A stretch of 63,719 bases of DNA, counting the filler. It is 8 parts of 8 records of this genome, joined end to end, with 100 filler letters (N's around TTAATTAATTAA, not from the genome) between each part and the next. Parts side by side here need not be neighbours in the genome. Positions count along the whole stretch, not along the records: positions 8,020 to 22,221 come from SRR31156797_14173; 7 more parts are not named here. The stretch is one strand, 5' to 3'. The notes below the pieces were generated by a model, which saw nothing but the letters and a program-made list of their open reading frames with translations, had not been told where the DNA came from and ran no database searches. Made by a program: the position numbers and the translations under genes. Within the stretch, counting starts at the first letter, position 1; each line of letters starts with the position of its first letter. Below are positions 9,863 to 20,124 of the stretch, piece by piece.

Positions 9863-10459
9863 TCATTTCTTATGCCTGTTCTTTAAAGTTAAATTGATAT
9901 CGTCCAGACTGATATCTCTTGCAGCCATCAGGACTAAAAGATGGTACATCAAGTCCGAGATCTCCTCTTTTAACAATTGATCATTGTTAGACATTGCTTC
10001 GATCACAACCTCTGTGGCTTCCTCACCTACTTTTTGTGCTATCTTGGCAATACCTTTATCAAATAATTTATTCGTATATGCTCCTTTTACAGGATACTTT
10101 TTTCTTTCATTGATAACAGCTTCAAGTTCATTGATGAAATTCGGAAAATCCTGATTGGATTCACCAAAGCAAGTATCGTCACCCGTATGGCAGGTAGGTC
10201 CCTGAGGAATAGCTCTTACAAGAAGCGTATCACCATCGCAATCTTCAGAAATTGATACCATATCAAGATAATTTCCTGAAGTTTCACCTTTTGTCCATAT
10301 CTCTTTTCTGGAGCGACTGTAAAAAGTTACTTTTTTGCTTTCTATGGTCTTATTATATGATTCTTCGTTCATATAGCCTAACATCAGGACTTTGTTAGTT
10401 CTATCATCCTGAATGATTGCCGGCACCAGCCCTTTACCTTTTTTAAAATCGATTTCCAT
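9863..10459 (-). CDS. hisIE: Bifunctional PR-AMP cyclohydrolase / PR-ATP pyrophosphatase
   Basis: [23 protein letters not shown] and KVGEEATE motifs. Confidence 0.97.
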   Translation of the reverse strand: MEIDFKKGKGLVPAIIQDDRTNKVLMLGYMNEESYNKTIESKKVTFYSRSRKEIWTKGETSGNYLDMVSISEDCDGDTLLVRAIPQGPTCHTGDDTCFGESNQDFPNFINELEAVINERKKYPVKGAYTNKLFDKGIAKIAQKVGEEATEVVIEAMSNNDQLLKEEISDLMYHLLVLMAARDISLDDINLTLKNRHKK

Positions 10460-10468
10460 ATTATCCTC

Positions 10469-11227
10469 TTATTTCATTCTCACGGGAATACCGTTATTAT
10501 TCAAATATTCTTTTAATTCGGGAATAGGTATCTCACCAAAGTGGAAAATACTGGCAGCTAAAGCTGCATCAGCTTTCCCCTTTTCAAAAACATCCATAAA
10601 GTGTTCACACCTTCCCGCTCCTCCGGAAGCAATAACGGGCACATTGACCAATTCCGATACAGCTGAAGTTATTTCCAGCGCAAATCCGTCCTTTGTTCCG
10701 TCGTGATCCATGGAAGTCAGCAGTATCTCCCCTGCACCCCTGTCCACGGCTTCCCATACCCATTCAAGTGTTTCTTTTTCTGTTGCTGTTCTTCCACCGT
10801 CAAGATGTACTCTTGATGTATCGCCATATTTCTTGCAATCTACAGCAAGCACCACACATTGTGAGCCGAATCTTGCAGCAAGTTTGTCAATGAGACTTGG
10901 ATTACGAACGGCTGCCGAATTAACGGTTATTTTATCCGCTCCGGCATCCAATAGCCGTGCCACATCATCCACTTGTTTAATTCCACCACCCACTGTGAAT
11001 GGAATATTGATATTGTGTGCTATCTTTTCAACCAATTCGGCAAATGTTCTTCGCCCTTCTATTGTAGCTGTAATATCAAGAAACGTCAATTCATCCGCAC
11101 CGGAAGCAGCATAAAGCCTTCCCAGCTCCACAGGATCACCGGCCTGTCTGATCTGTTCGAACTTAACACCCTTAACGGTCTGACCGTCTTTGATATCCAA
11201 ACAGGGTATGATGCGTTTCGTTAACAT
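10469..11227 (-). CDS. hisF: Imidazole glycerol phosphate synthase cyclase subunit
   Basis: [17 protein letters not shown] and [13 protein letters not shown] motifs. Confidence 0.98.
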   Translation of the reverse strand: MLTKRIIPCLDIKDGQTVKGVKFEQIRQAGDPVELGRLYAASGADELTFLDITATIEGRRTFAELVEKIAHNINIPFTVGGGIKQVDDVARLLDAGADKITVNSAAVRNPSLIDKLAARFGSQCVVLAVDCKKYGDTSRVHLDGGRTATEKETLEWVWEAVDRGAGEILLTSMDHDGTKDGFALEITSAVSELVNVPVIASGGAGRCEHFMDVFEKGKADAALAASIFHFGEIPIPELKEYLNNNGIPVRMK

Positions 11228-11949
11228 ATTTTCATATACTCCGCGATCTCTTTCAATGAGATCTTGTTTTCATATATTGCTTTACCGACGATAACACCGT
11301 CAATATTCAATTCATCAAGCTTTTTGATATCATCCATACAAGATATTCCACCACTTGCGATCAATTCTAAATAAGGAAATTTCGATTTTATATATTCATA
11401 AGTTTTCTCGGCTGAACCCTCAAGCATGCCATCTTTCGAAATATCGGTAGAGATCACCGTTTTAATGCCCCGAGATACGTAATCATCCAGGTATTGTATC
11501 AGGTCAAAACTGCTTGACTCCTGCCATCCCGATACCGCGATCTTTCCATGTTTGAAATCGGCGCCTAAAATGATCTTATCAGGACCGTATTCCTTTAACC
11601 ACTTTTCAACTTTTGCAGGCTCTCTGGCAGCAATACTACCTGCTGTTATCTGCTTGGCACCCAAAGCAAAGGCTTTGCTGATATCTCTGTCTGACTGGAT
11701 GCCTCCACCCAGATCAACATGAAGCTCACTCACAGAGCATATTGATCTAATCGCCTCATCATTAATAAGTTGACCAGCTTTTGCTCCATCAAGATCAACA
11801 ACATGTAGACGTTTAATTCCTGCATCAGCATAGCCTTGTGCTACGCTTTTAGGATCTGAATCGTAAACCTTCTTGGTTTGATAATCACCCTTTGTAAGCC
11901 GTACGCACTTTCCATCAATAATGTCTATGGCAGGAATAATTGTAATCAT
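11221..11949 (-). CDS. hisA: ProFAR isomerase
   Basis: [22 protein letters not shown] and TDISKDGML motifs. Confidence 0.97.
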   Translation of the reverse strand: MITIIPAIDIIDGKCVRLTKGDYQTKKVYDSDPKSVAQGYADAGIKRLHVVDLDGAKAGQLINDEAIRSICSVSELHVDLGGGIQSDRDISKAFALGAKQITAGSIAAREPAKVEKWLKEYGPDKIILGADFKHGKIAVSGWQESSSFDLIQYLDDYVSRGIKTVISTDISKDGMLEGSAEKTYEYIKSKFPYLELIASGGISCMDDIKKLDELNIDGVIVGKAIYENKISLKEIAEYMKIC

Positions 11950-11980
11950 AATATTCTCTTATGGATTAAACCATAAACTC

Positions 11981-12568
11981 CTAAACTTTTAAACTCAAAA
12001 AATTCTGAAGAATTTTTTGTCCCACATCCCCACTTTTTTCAGGATGAAATTGCAATGCATGGAAATTGTCTTTTTGCAGTGCTGAAGCAAACTCAACGAT
12101 ATAATCTGTCTCAGCAATCATCACTTTACCTTGTTCTGCAAAAAAAGAATGTACAAAATATACATGTGAACCGTCTTCTACACCTTCAAACAAAGGACCC
12201 TTTAGCCCATAGATGCTATTCCAACCCATATGAGGGACTTTATCAGTTTCAGGAAAGCGCAGAACTTTATTGTCAAATATCCCAAAACATTCCGTATCGG
12301 CTTCTTCACTGTGCGAACACATCAATTGCAATCCCAGACAAATCCCCAATACCGGTTGTTTTAATGACTTAATAAGTTTATCCAATCCTCGCTTTTTCAA
12401 ATACTTCATGGCACTGGACGCCTCTCCCACTCCGGGAAAGATCACTTTATCCGCCGAACTGATGATTTCGGGGTCATCTGTAACAATAGAATCCACGCCT
12501 AGCCTCTCAAGTGCGATCTGCACTGAACGAATATTACCGGCAGAGTATTTTATGACGGCAACTTTCAT
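11981..12568 (-). CDS. hisH: Imidazole glycerol phosphate synthase glutaminase subunit
   Basis: PGVG, GICLG, VPHMGWN and QFHPEKS motifs. Confidence 0.98.
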   Translation of the reverse strand: MKVAVIKYSAGNIRSVQIALERLGVDSIVTDDPEIISSADKVIFPGVGEASSAMKYLKKRGLDKLIKSLKQPVLGICLGLQLMCSHSEEADTECFGIFDNKVLRFPETDKVPHMGWNSIYGLKGPLFEGVEDGSHVYFVHSFFAEQGKVMIAETDYIVEFASALQKDNFHALQFHPEKSGDVGQKILQNFLSLKV

Positions 12569-13653
12569 TACAGTAAGCCTTTTGTCGTAGGCAGATCATC
12601 AGATGTGATCTTACATGCCTGTTTCATGGATCGAGCCAAAGCCTTGTATATACCTTCAATAATATGATGTTCATTCTCGCCCTCAGCGCTAACATGCAGA
12701 TTGCATCGCAATCCATCAGAGAAGGACCTGAAAAAATGCTTTACCATTTCAGTTGGCATTTCACCTGCATATTCTCGTTCAAGCTTTACATTCCATACAA
12801 AATACGGCCTTCCGGAAAGATCCAGGGCGACCTCTGCCTTGGATTCATCCATAGGCAGTAAAAAACCATAACGTTCAATACCGCGTTTATTTCCTAAAGC
12901 GCTCAATAATGCCTCTCCAAGTGCTAACCCGGTATCTTCAATGCTGTGATGTGCATCAACTTCAAGATCACCCACCACGTCAATTTCACAATCAATGCCC
13001 GAATGCTTTGAAAACAATTCAAGCATATGATCAAAAAAACCTATTCCGGTAGATATCTTGGATTTTCCTTTTCCGTCAATATCCACTTTTACTCTAATAT
13101 CCGTTTCATTGGTTTTTCTGCGTATAGCGGCAATTCGTTTGGGTTTGACAAGATAATCTCTAATTTCATTCCAGGATGTCGTGCAAAGTTCAGCTATAGG
13201 ATTCATCTCGCCGATAAATATGCCTTTAGAATGTAAATTCTTAGCCAATTGCATATCAGAATCACGATCACCGATCACATATGAATTTCCCAGATCATAA
13301 TCGGCATTCATGTATTGCGTTAACATACCCGTATTAGGTTTGCGCATGGGTGAATTCTCTTCTTCATAATGCCCGTCGATCAGAACTTCTTTAAATTCTA
13401 TACCTTCATTTTTTAAAAGATCCATCAGAAAATTATGAGGTCCCCAAAAACGTTCCTCAGGAAAATCCGGACGACCTAATCCATCTTGATTACTTACCAT
13501 AACCAATTCATAATCAGTATATTTTACAATATCTCTTAAAGCGCCGATAACACCGGGTAACAGCTGAAGTTTATCCATTGTATCGATAGTTTCATCTGCA
13601 ACTTCAGAGATAATGGTTCCGTCACGATCTATGAAAAGCACGCGTTTCATCAT
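12568..13653 (-). CDS. hisB: Bifunctional histidinol-phosphatase / IGP dehydratase
   Basis: HAD motif FIDRDGT followed by FFDHML, DAHHSIED and NEHHIIE dehydratase motifs. Confidence 0.97.
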   Translation of the reverse strand: MMKRVLFIDRDGTIISEVADETIDTMDKLQLLPGVIGALRDIVKYTDYELVMVSNQDGLGRPDFPEERFWGPHNFLMDLLKNEGIEFKEVLIDGHYEEENSPMRKPNTGMLTQYMNADYDLGNSYVIGDRDSDMQLAKNLHSKGIFIGEMNPIAELCTTSWNEIRDYLVKPKRIAAIRRKTNETDIRVKVDIDGKGKSKISTGIGFFDHMLELFSKHSGIDCEIDVVGDLEVDAHHSIEDTGLALGEALLSALGNKRGIERYGFLLPMDESKAEVALDLSGRPYFVWNVKLEREYAGEMPTEMVKHFFRSFSDGLRCNLHVSAEGENEHHIIEGIYKALARSMKQACKITSDDLPTTKGLL

Positions 13654-14717
13654 GATTCCTTTTTGGCATATTTATTTAATGCTTTACACAGCATTTCATT
13701 TTGCTTTCGTGTTCCAACCGTAATTCTTAAACATCCTTCGCAATGCAATTGCTTTGAACGGTTTCGGACAACAATACCCTCATTGGTCAGGAATTGATAT
13801 ACTTTATCCGGATCTTCAAACCTTGCCAGGAAAAAATTGGCTTGTGAAGGAAGAACTTCCTTTACCAGCGGCATTTCCATTAACATATTCATCAAAAAGC
13901 TTCGTTCAATTTTCAGTCCTCTGACCATTTCTTCTTTTCGGCGAGGATCCTTCAAGGCTTCCAATACACTGCCTGCGGCACAATCACTAATATTGTAAGG
14001 GTATTTTATCTTATTAAGTACATCAACGATCTCTGCATCTGCAAAAGCCATACCCAGTCTGGCTCCCGCCATGCCCCAAGCTTTAGAAAAGGTCTGTAAA
14101 ACGATCAAATTATTAAATTCATCCAAACGTTCTATCCATGAAGGTGAATCTGAGAAATCAATATAGGCTTCATCGACAATAACTAATGAATTAACATTGT
14201 TTAAAACCTTTTCTACATCTTTTTCAGCATAAACGTTTGCAGAGGGATTATTAGGTGAGCAGATAAAGATCACCTTCGGGTTTTCCTTATCGGCTAATTC
14301 AATGATCTTATCAGTATCTAAAGAAAAGTCGGTATTTAGCGGGACTTCAAGTATCTTTACATCATTCACATTTGCTGTAACCGAATACATGCCATATGTC
14401 GGTGGAAGTAACATCAAAGAATCTTGACGCGGCTCACAAAAAGCCCTTAAGATAAGGTCTATGGCCTCATCACTTCCGTTGCCAAGAAAGAGACGTTCAG
14501 GTGAATAAAGTTCCTTATACGCGCTTATTTTATCCCTTAATTGCTTTTGTAAAGGGTCAGGGTAGCGGTTCAGTTCCTTTTTGGCCGGCGATCCGAAAGA
14601 ATTTTCGTTCGCATCAAGGAACACTTTCGCTTTTCCGCTGAATTCATCACGCGCAGAAGCGTATTTTTCCATTTTTTTAACATTGTCTCTTATCAATGAT
14701 GCTATTTCAATTTTCAT
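13650..14717 (-). CDS. hisC: Histidinol-phosphate aminotransferase
   Basis: LDANEN, GNGSDE, SPNNPS, DEAY and TFSKAWGMAGARLG motifs. Confidence 0.97.
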   Translation of the reverse strand: MKIEIASLIRDNVKKMEKYASARDEFSGKAKVFLDANENSFGSPAKKELNRYPDPLQKQLRDKISAYKELYSPERLFLGNGSDEAIDLILRAFCEPRQDSLMLLPPTYGMYSVTANVNDVKILEVPLNTDFSLDTDKIIELADKENPKVIFICSPNNPSANVYAEKDVEKVLNNVNSLVIVDEAYIDFSDSPSWIERLDEFNNLIVLQTFSKAWGMAGARLGMAFADAEIVDVLNKIKYPYNISDCAAGSVLEALKDPRRKEEMVRGLKIERSFLMNMLMEMPLVKEVLPSQANFFLARFEDPDKVYQFLTNEGIVVRNRSKQLHCEGCLRITVGTRKQNEMLCKALNKYAKKES

Positions 14718-14729
14718 TATAGGCTTTCT

Positions 14730-16019
14730 TTAGTTTTCAATTTTGGACAATCTTCGTGATACGGCTTGTCTATGTGCATCAAGACCTTCGGTTTTTGCCA
14801 TATGTTCAACAGCGGGCCCCAGATTTTTCAAACCTTTCGACGAAAGTGCCTGAAAGGTTACCATTTTATAGTAGGAGTCCAGTGACACTCCACTGTAACT
14901 TTTTGCATATCCTGCGGTAGGTAATGTATGATTCGTTCCCGATGCATAATCCCCTACCGACTCAGGTGTTAGATCACCAACAAATACCGAACCGGCATTT
15001 TTTACACCTTCGATCAGATCGACGGCATTTTCAGTATTCAATATTAAGTGTTCAGGTGCATATTCATTTGAGAATTCCATGCACGCTTCCATATCCTCAA
15101 AATAAATGATCTTACTATTGATCAATGAATGCTCGGCAATTTCAGCTCTTTTTAGCGTATCAAGTTGCTCGATCACTTCAGATCTTACCTTTTCAGGCAT
15201 TTCTTCATCGTTAGTTACCAGGATCGCCTGCGAATCCTTCCCATGTTCAGCTTGTGAAAGCAGATCTGCTGCGATAAACTCAATATCAGCATGTTCATCT
15301 GCAATAACCAGAACTTCGGAAGGGCCTGCCGGCATGTCGATAGCCACATTTTCAGTAGATGCTACATATAACTTAGCTGCGGTAACATATTGATTACCGG
15401 GTCCCAATACTTTATTAACTGCAGGTACACTTTCAGTTCCATAGGTCATGGCGGCGATTGCCTGAGCACCACCCGCTTTACAAATATGCGTTACCCCGGC
15501 CTCTTTTGCAGCCCAAAGAATAGCGGGATGAAGCGTTCCATCCCTTCTTGGCGGTGAACAAAGTACAATCTCTTTACAACCGGCCAAAACTGCCGGCACA
15601 GCAAGCATTAGTACGGTCGAGAATAAAGGTGCCGTACCACCGGGTACATAAATACCGACTTTTTCTATCGGTCGCGCTTCTCGCCAACACCTTACGCCCG
15701 GCATGGTTTTGATAAATTTCTTTTTCGGCATCTGTGCTTCATGGAATTTTTTAATATTCGCGATCGCAAGCCGAATATTGTCTTTAAGTACTACAGAAAT
15801 GTCTTTTTCGGACTCCTTGATCTCTTCAGGAGTACAAAGGACATTCTTCAAGTCGGCCTTATCATACTTCTTTGCATATTCGACCAGTGCCTTGTCACCT
15901 TTCAGCATAACCATTCTGATTATATCCTTTACAGATGCGATCAGACGTGTCTGATTCATCAAAGGCCTCTCACAGAGTGATTTCCATTCTTCTCGCGGTG
16001 GATTCTTGTAGATCTTCAT
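14730..16019 (-). CDS. hisD: Histidinol dehydrogenase
   Basis: YVPGG, GPGNQYV, IDMPAGPSE, QAEH and GDYASGTNHTLPT motifs. Confidence 0.98.
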   Translation of the reverse strand: MKIYKNPPREEWKSLCERPLMNQTRLIASVKDIIRMVMLKGDKALVEYAKKYDKADLKNVLCTPEEIKESEKDISVVLKDNIRLAIANIKKFHEAQMPKKKFIKTMPGVRCWREARPIEKVGIYVPGGTAPLFSTVLMLAVPAVLAGCKEIVLCSPPRRDGTLHPAILWAAKEAGVTHICKAGGAQAIAAMTYGTESVPAVNKVLGPGNQYVTAAKLYVASTENVAIDMPAGPSEVLVIADEHADIEFIAADLLSQAEHGKDSQAILVTNDEEMPEKVRSEVIEQLDTLKRAEIAEHSLINSKIIYFEDMEACMEFSNEYAPEHLILNTENAVDLIEGVKNAGSVFVGDLTPESVGDYASGTNHTLPTAGYAKSYSGVSLDSYYKMVTFQALSSKGLKNLGPAVEHMAKTEGLDAHRQAVSRRLSKIEN

Positions 16020-16026
16020 ATTACCC

Positions 16027-16881
16027 TCACAGTATCATTTTCTCAATGTCGGTAACCAAGAGGCTCTCAGCACCGGCATCCTTAAGTTGTTCGATCACTT
16101 CCCAAAATATATCTTCTTTTATCACCGAATGGATCGAGCTCCATCCTTCCACACCCAATGGCATGATAGTGGGACTTTTCATACCAGGAAGAATATCACA
16201 TACCAGATCCAATTTTTCATTCGGGACGTTTAACAGAATATATTTGTAATCTTTTGCTGTATTGACTGAACGGATCCTGAAACACAATTTGTTGATCAGA
16301 TCCTTTTTCTCTTTTGAAATAGATAAATTGCTGTAAATGCCTGCTTCTGATTCCAATATTTTTTCAACTTCTTTCAAGCCATTAGAGATCAGCGTACTGC
16401 CTGTGCTGACAATATCAAAGATCGCATCAGCCATATCAATACCGGGAGCGATCTCAACTGAGCCGGATATTTTATGTATATCGGCATTTACATTATTTTT
16501 ATCAAGATAGGATTGAAGAATACCATCATATGAAGTTGCAATACGTTTCCCTTCAAGTGAAGTGATATCTTTGTAATCTTCTTGTTTAGGAACGGCAATG
16601 GACATTCTGCATTTACCAAATCCAAGTCCCATGACCTTTTCGATATCTGCTTTTGTTTCCAGAACCACGTTATCTCCAACAATACCTATATCGGCAATAC
16701 CATCTTCTACACATTGAGGGATATCGTCATCGCGTAAAAACAGAACTTCCAACGGGAAATTCACAGCAGAAGTTTTCAATTTATCATGACCGGTGTTTTT
16801 CAGATGAATGCCGCAATGTTCCAGCAGTTCGATGCTTTTGGTTGACAGTCTACCTTTTTTCTGAATGGCCATGGTTAACAT
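16027..16881 (-). CDS. hisG: ATP phosphoribosyltransferase (long form)
   Basis: AIQKKGRL, LRDDDIP, SGSVEIAP and DIVSTGSTL motifs plus C-terminal regulatory domain. Confidence 0.98.
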   Translation of the reverse strand: MLTMAIQKKGRLSTKSIELLEHCGIHLKNTGHDKLKTSAVNFPLEVLFLRDDDIPQCVEDGIADIGIVGDNVVLETKADIEKVMGLGFGKCRMSIAVPKQEDYKDITSLEGKRIATSYDGILQSYLDKNNVNADIHKISGSVEIAPGIDMADAIFDIVSTGSTLISNGLKEVEKILESEAGIYSNLSISKEKKDLINKLCFRIRSVNTAKDYKYILLNVPNEKLDLVCDILPGMKSPTIMPLGVEGWSSIHSVIKEDIFWEVIEQLKDAGAESLLVTDIEKMIL

Positions 16882-16908
16882 TGTACTTCCTTTATATTTA
16901 TTGTTGTT

Positions 16909-16941
16909 AAAAAAATCCCGATCCTGTCAGGGGATCGGGAT
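16909..16941 (-). terminator. his attenuator terminator hairpin
   Basis: Minus strand ATCCCGATCC-CCTGACA-GGATCGGGAT followed by T6, ending about 27 nt before the hisG start. Confidence 0.9.
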
Positions 16942-16975
16942 AGATTTTTTATCGTATTTTACACATCCCGGCCCC

Positions 16976-17020
16976 CTATGGAGCGTTATGAAGAAGATGG
17001 ATGTGCAAATTCATTATCAT
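16976..17020 (-). CDS. hisL: his operon leader peptide MIMNLHIHLLHNAP (not in ORF track)
   Basis: 14-aa ORF with 3 His codons. Preceded by AAGGA and followed by alternative antiterminator/terminator helices. Confidence 0.8.
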   Translation of the reverse strand: MIMNLHIHLLHNAP

Positions 17021-17046
17021 TTTCAACTCATTCCTTTTAACTCTGG

Positions 17047-17075
17047 AATTTAACCACGCAAGCTTAGGAAGTCAA
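17047..17075 (-). promoter_or_regulatory. sigma70-type promoter of the his operon
   Basis: Minus strand TTGACT-17 nt-TAAATT upstream of the leader ORF. Confidence 0.7.
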
Positions 17076-17188
17076 AGGGTTTTATTCAATATTTTATGAT
17101 AATTCGGTAGAATTACCTTAAAAGACTAACTATTACAGGTGATAACATCCAATGTCTTACGATATTTCAAATATATTTTAATAATAAA

Positions 17189-17215
17189 GAAAAACCGCCC
17201 CTTAATTAGAGGCGG
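17189..17215 (-). terminator. Intrinsic terminator after OMP gene
   Basis: CCGCC-TCT...AGG-GGCGG hairpin followed by a T-run on the minus strand. Confidence 0.65.
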
Positions 17216-17248
17216 CAGGTCTTTCAAATATCTTCTGTTAAATAATTC

Positions 17249-17869
17249 TTAGAAGATATAGAGTCCAAGTGAGAGGCGTACCAGGTTAGAGAACGTCGTT
17301 GTCGTTTCTGTGGTCTCTGTGGAATAAATGTCCGTCAAACCCTGAACGTAACGAAGTTCAACATCAACCATATCAAGAACTTTTACACCGGCTGCAAAAG
17401 CAAGTCCGATCTTCGTAAAATCAAAGTTCTCAAGATCAATGCCTTCAGCCTCAGTTTCCAGAGGAATTCCAAGATTTACACCAGCAGCAACGAATGGTGC
17501 AACAACAGCCAGATCAATGTTGTATCTTGCCAATGCAGCAATATTCAGGTAGTTAGTCTGAATTGTTACTCCATCAAAGATCATTGAGGGATCTTCAATA
17601 GTCAATAGATCTTCCGGTGCAAAACCTTCAACTGAGAAAAGGCCTTCCAACTGAACGCCAAAGTTACCGAAACCAATTACAGCAAATGCACCTCCGACAA
17701 CGCCGGTGATATTTTGCAGTTCACTGAACTGGTCGATGTAAACTTGGGGGTCGAACTCTTCGTTTGCAATGTATGAATAGTTAGCACCCAGTTTAAGGCC
17801 CAGGTCAAATTGAGCAAATGCAAATGATGCTAACAACACAGACATCAACACGATTACAAGTTTTTTCAT
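17249..17869 (-). CDS. Outer-membrane beta-barrel protein (porin/PorT-like)
   Basis: Signal peptide ending AFA-Q, alternating amphipathic strands, ELRYVQGL and C-terminal Phe. Confidence 0.8.
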   Translation of the reverse strand: MKKLVIVLMSVLLASFAFAQFDLGLKLGANYSYIANEEFDPQVYIDQFSELQNITGVVGGAFAVIGFGNFGVQLEGLFSVEGFAPEDLLTIEDPSMIFDGVTIQTNYLNIAALARYNIDLAVVAPFVAAGVNLGIPLETEAEGIDLENFDFTKIGLAFAAGVKVLDMVDVELRYVQGLTDIYSTETTETTTTFSNLVRLSLGLYIF

Positions 17870-18104
17870 TTCCAGTCTCCTTTTAAATGTTAATCAATTA
17901 ATCACTTCATATGAATTTAATAGATACTTATTGAGCATTCAAGCACTTTTTTCAATTATTTATAATCGTTTACCTGTCAAATAAATTATCAAATACACTA
18001 ATCAAATGTATTAAATAAGCATTCTGTTCCAAAAAAAGCTTTGAAATTGGAAAAATCTGAATATATTAATCCCGGTAAAACTGTCACTCTATCAGAGGAA
18101 GTGA

Positions 18105-18764
18105 ATGAAAACGATCAAGCCCTTGATCGAAAAAGCAAGAAGATCATCTGAGGTACTCGAAACTTTGGATGTAACTGTTATGAATGCAGTTCTGCATGAT
18201 ATGGCAGATTCATTGATAGAACATCAGGAAATTATCATAGGTTTAAATAATCAAGACGTTAAAAATGGGAATGCTATGCTGCTTTCCTCATTGGCTATGG
18301 ATCAATTACTGTTGAACAGTGATCGTTTGTCCGAACTTACCTTAGCCATTCGAAAATTAGCGAACAATACCAAGGCATTGGATATTTACGACGAGAACAA
18401 TGAAAAAGTATTCTCCCCTTCTTTACTTTCAATTGTATATGAATCCCGCCCGCATATAACGGCCGAAGCCTCCTGTGTTGCTTTCAGATCGGGAAATGCT
18501 ATTATCTTAAGAGGTGGCAAAGAAGCCTTTCACACAAATACCGCAATAGCCTCAATTCTTTGCGATGTATTGGAGCAAAACGGATTACCCCGAGAGTTGA
18601 TCACTCTAATTCCTACAACCGATAGAGTTTCCATGACGGAATTGATCGGGCTAAAAGGAATGATCGATTATGTCACACCCAGGGGAAGTGAAGGCTTGAT
18701 GCAGTACATTCAAAAGAACTCTAAAATCCCCATTATTCCACGACTCCCGGAATTCAATAAATAA
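18105..18764 (+). CDS. Half-length gamma-glutamyl-phosphate reductase (ProA)-like protein; cofactor-binding domain only
   Basis: IVYESRP, SGNAIILRGGKEA and PRGSEGL ProA motifs. Ends at 219 aa before the catalytic domain. Confidence 0.8.
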   Translation: MKTIKPLIEKARRSSEVLETLDVTVMNAVLHDMADSLIEHQEIIIGLNNQDVKNGNAMLLSSLAMDQLLLNSDRLSELTLAIRKLANNTKALDIYDENNEKVFSPSLLSIVYESRPHITAEASCVAFRSGNAIILRGGKEAFHTNTAIASILCDVLEQNGLPRELITLIPTTDRVSMTELIGLKGMIDYVTPRGSEGLMQYIQKNSKIPIIPRLPEFNK

Positions 18765-18845
18765 ATTTTTCTTTAAATATTCTTCCATAGAATGTAATTT
18801 CGACCTATATTGGCTTTGATCTATTAAACAACTCGGAGAAGAAAG

Positions 18846-20003
18846 ATGAAAAAACGCAATTTTTTGTTCATCGCGATCATGTTGTTCACTTGCTCATTTT
18901 TGATCGCAGGTTCATTCAATGGTTTAACATCATCAATGAATGATCTTTACAGGCTTTCTAATGCTAAAACACGTTCGATCTCACCGGAAAATCCCACAGG
19001 TGAAGTCGGAAAAGGTGGAATGGCAACACTTGAAGAAGGTTCCGCGGCAAATGCCGCTCGTGATCTTGGACAGGGTTGGAAAGTAAATCCTTACATTATG
19101 ATCCCAGGTAAGGAGACTGCAGTTCTTGCCGATATTAAAGGTTCCGGAGCCATACAACATATCTGGATGACCCCGACCGGAAATTGGCGTTTTGCTGTGA
19201 TCAGATTCTATTGGGATGGAGAAGAAGAACCCTCAATTGAAGTTCCACTTGGTGATTTCTTTGCTTCCGCATACTATTTCAAGCAGATCTCATCGCAGGC
19301 TGTTTGCGTGAATCCCGGATCTGCCTTTAACTGTTATTGGGTCATGCCTTTTAGGAAAAATTGCAAAATAACAGTAGAAAATATTGCCGAAAGTGATATG
19401 AGATTATACTTTCAGGTTGATTATGCTTTAACCGACATACCTAAAGATGCAGCATATCTACATGCACAATTCAGAAGAACAAATCCTTTACCATATAAAG
19501 AAGTTTATACCATCGTTGATGATATTAAGGGTAAAGGCCAATATGTCGGCACATACATGACATGGCAATCCAACAACGATGGTTGGTGGGGTGAAGGCGA
19601 GATCAAATTCTACATGGATGGTGATACGGACTTCCCGACCATTTGCGGAACCGGGACAGAAGATTATTTCTGCGGTTCATACAGCTTTTTGAAGGTATTG
19701 GAAGATGGCTCAAGAGAATATTGTGATTATACTACACCTTATGCCGGATTTTTCCATTATCCCCCTCACCCACCTATCTGGCACAAAACGATCACACGCT
19801 ACGGAATGTACAGATGGCATGTTACGGACCCAATACGATTTGAAGATGACCTGAGAATCACTATACAAGCCTTAGGTTGGCGTTCCGGTGGTCGATACCT
19901 GCCATTAAAGGATGATATTTCATCTGTTGCGTACTGGTATCAGGTCGAACCGCATAATCCGTTTCCCGAGCTACCATCAAAAGATGAGCTAGAGATAAAA
20001 TAA
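18846..20003 (+). CDS. Secreted DUF2961 / GH172-family glycoside hydrolase
   Basis: Signal peptide. RSISPENPTG, WWGEGEIKFYMDGD, CGTGTEDYF and YRWH motifs. Confidence 0.9.
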   Translation: MKKRNFLFIAIMLFTCSFLIAGSFNGLTSSMNDLYRLSNAKTRSISPENPTGEVGKGGMATLEEGSAANAARDLGQGWKVNPYIMIPGKETAVLADIKGSGAIQHIWMTPTGNWRFAVIRFYWDGEEEPSIEVPLGDFFASAYYFKQISSQAVCVNPGSAFNCYWVMPFRKNCKITVENIAESDMRLYFQVDYALTDIPKDAAYLHAQFRRTNPLPYKEVYTIVDDIKGKGQYVGTYMTWQSNNDGWWGEGEIKFYMDGDTDFPTICGTGTEDYFCGSYSFLKVLEDGSREYCDYTTPYAGFFHYPPHPPIWHKTITRYGMYRWHVTDPIRFEDDLRITIQALGWRSGGRYLPLKDDISSVAYWYQVEPHNPFPELPSKDELEIK

Positions 20004-20028
20004 TATCTAAGAAATAAATTCAGTGACT

Positions 20029-20056
20029 GAAGAGACGCAATATCTTGCGTCTCTTC
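20029..20056. repeat. REP-like / terminator palindrome
   Basis: GAAGAGACGCAA-TATC-TTGCGTCTCTTC, a 12-bp stem. Confidence 0.65.
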
Positions 20057-20124
20057 TTATTAAGAATAATTTTATGGACGTAATATTTATTTTTTGCTAA
20101 TACATTTTACACTATATTAGTTGG

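Noticed and set aside
16865-17053. 62-aa plus-strand ORF upstream of hisG
   Set aside because: Antisense to the his leader and attenuator, which explain the region.
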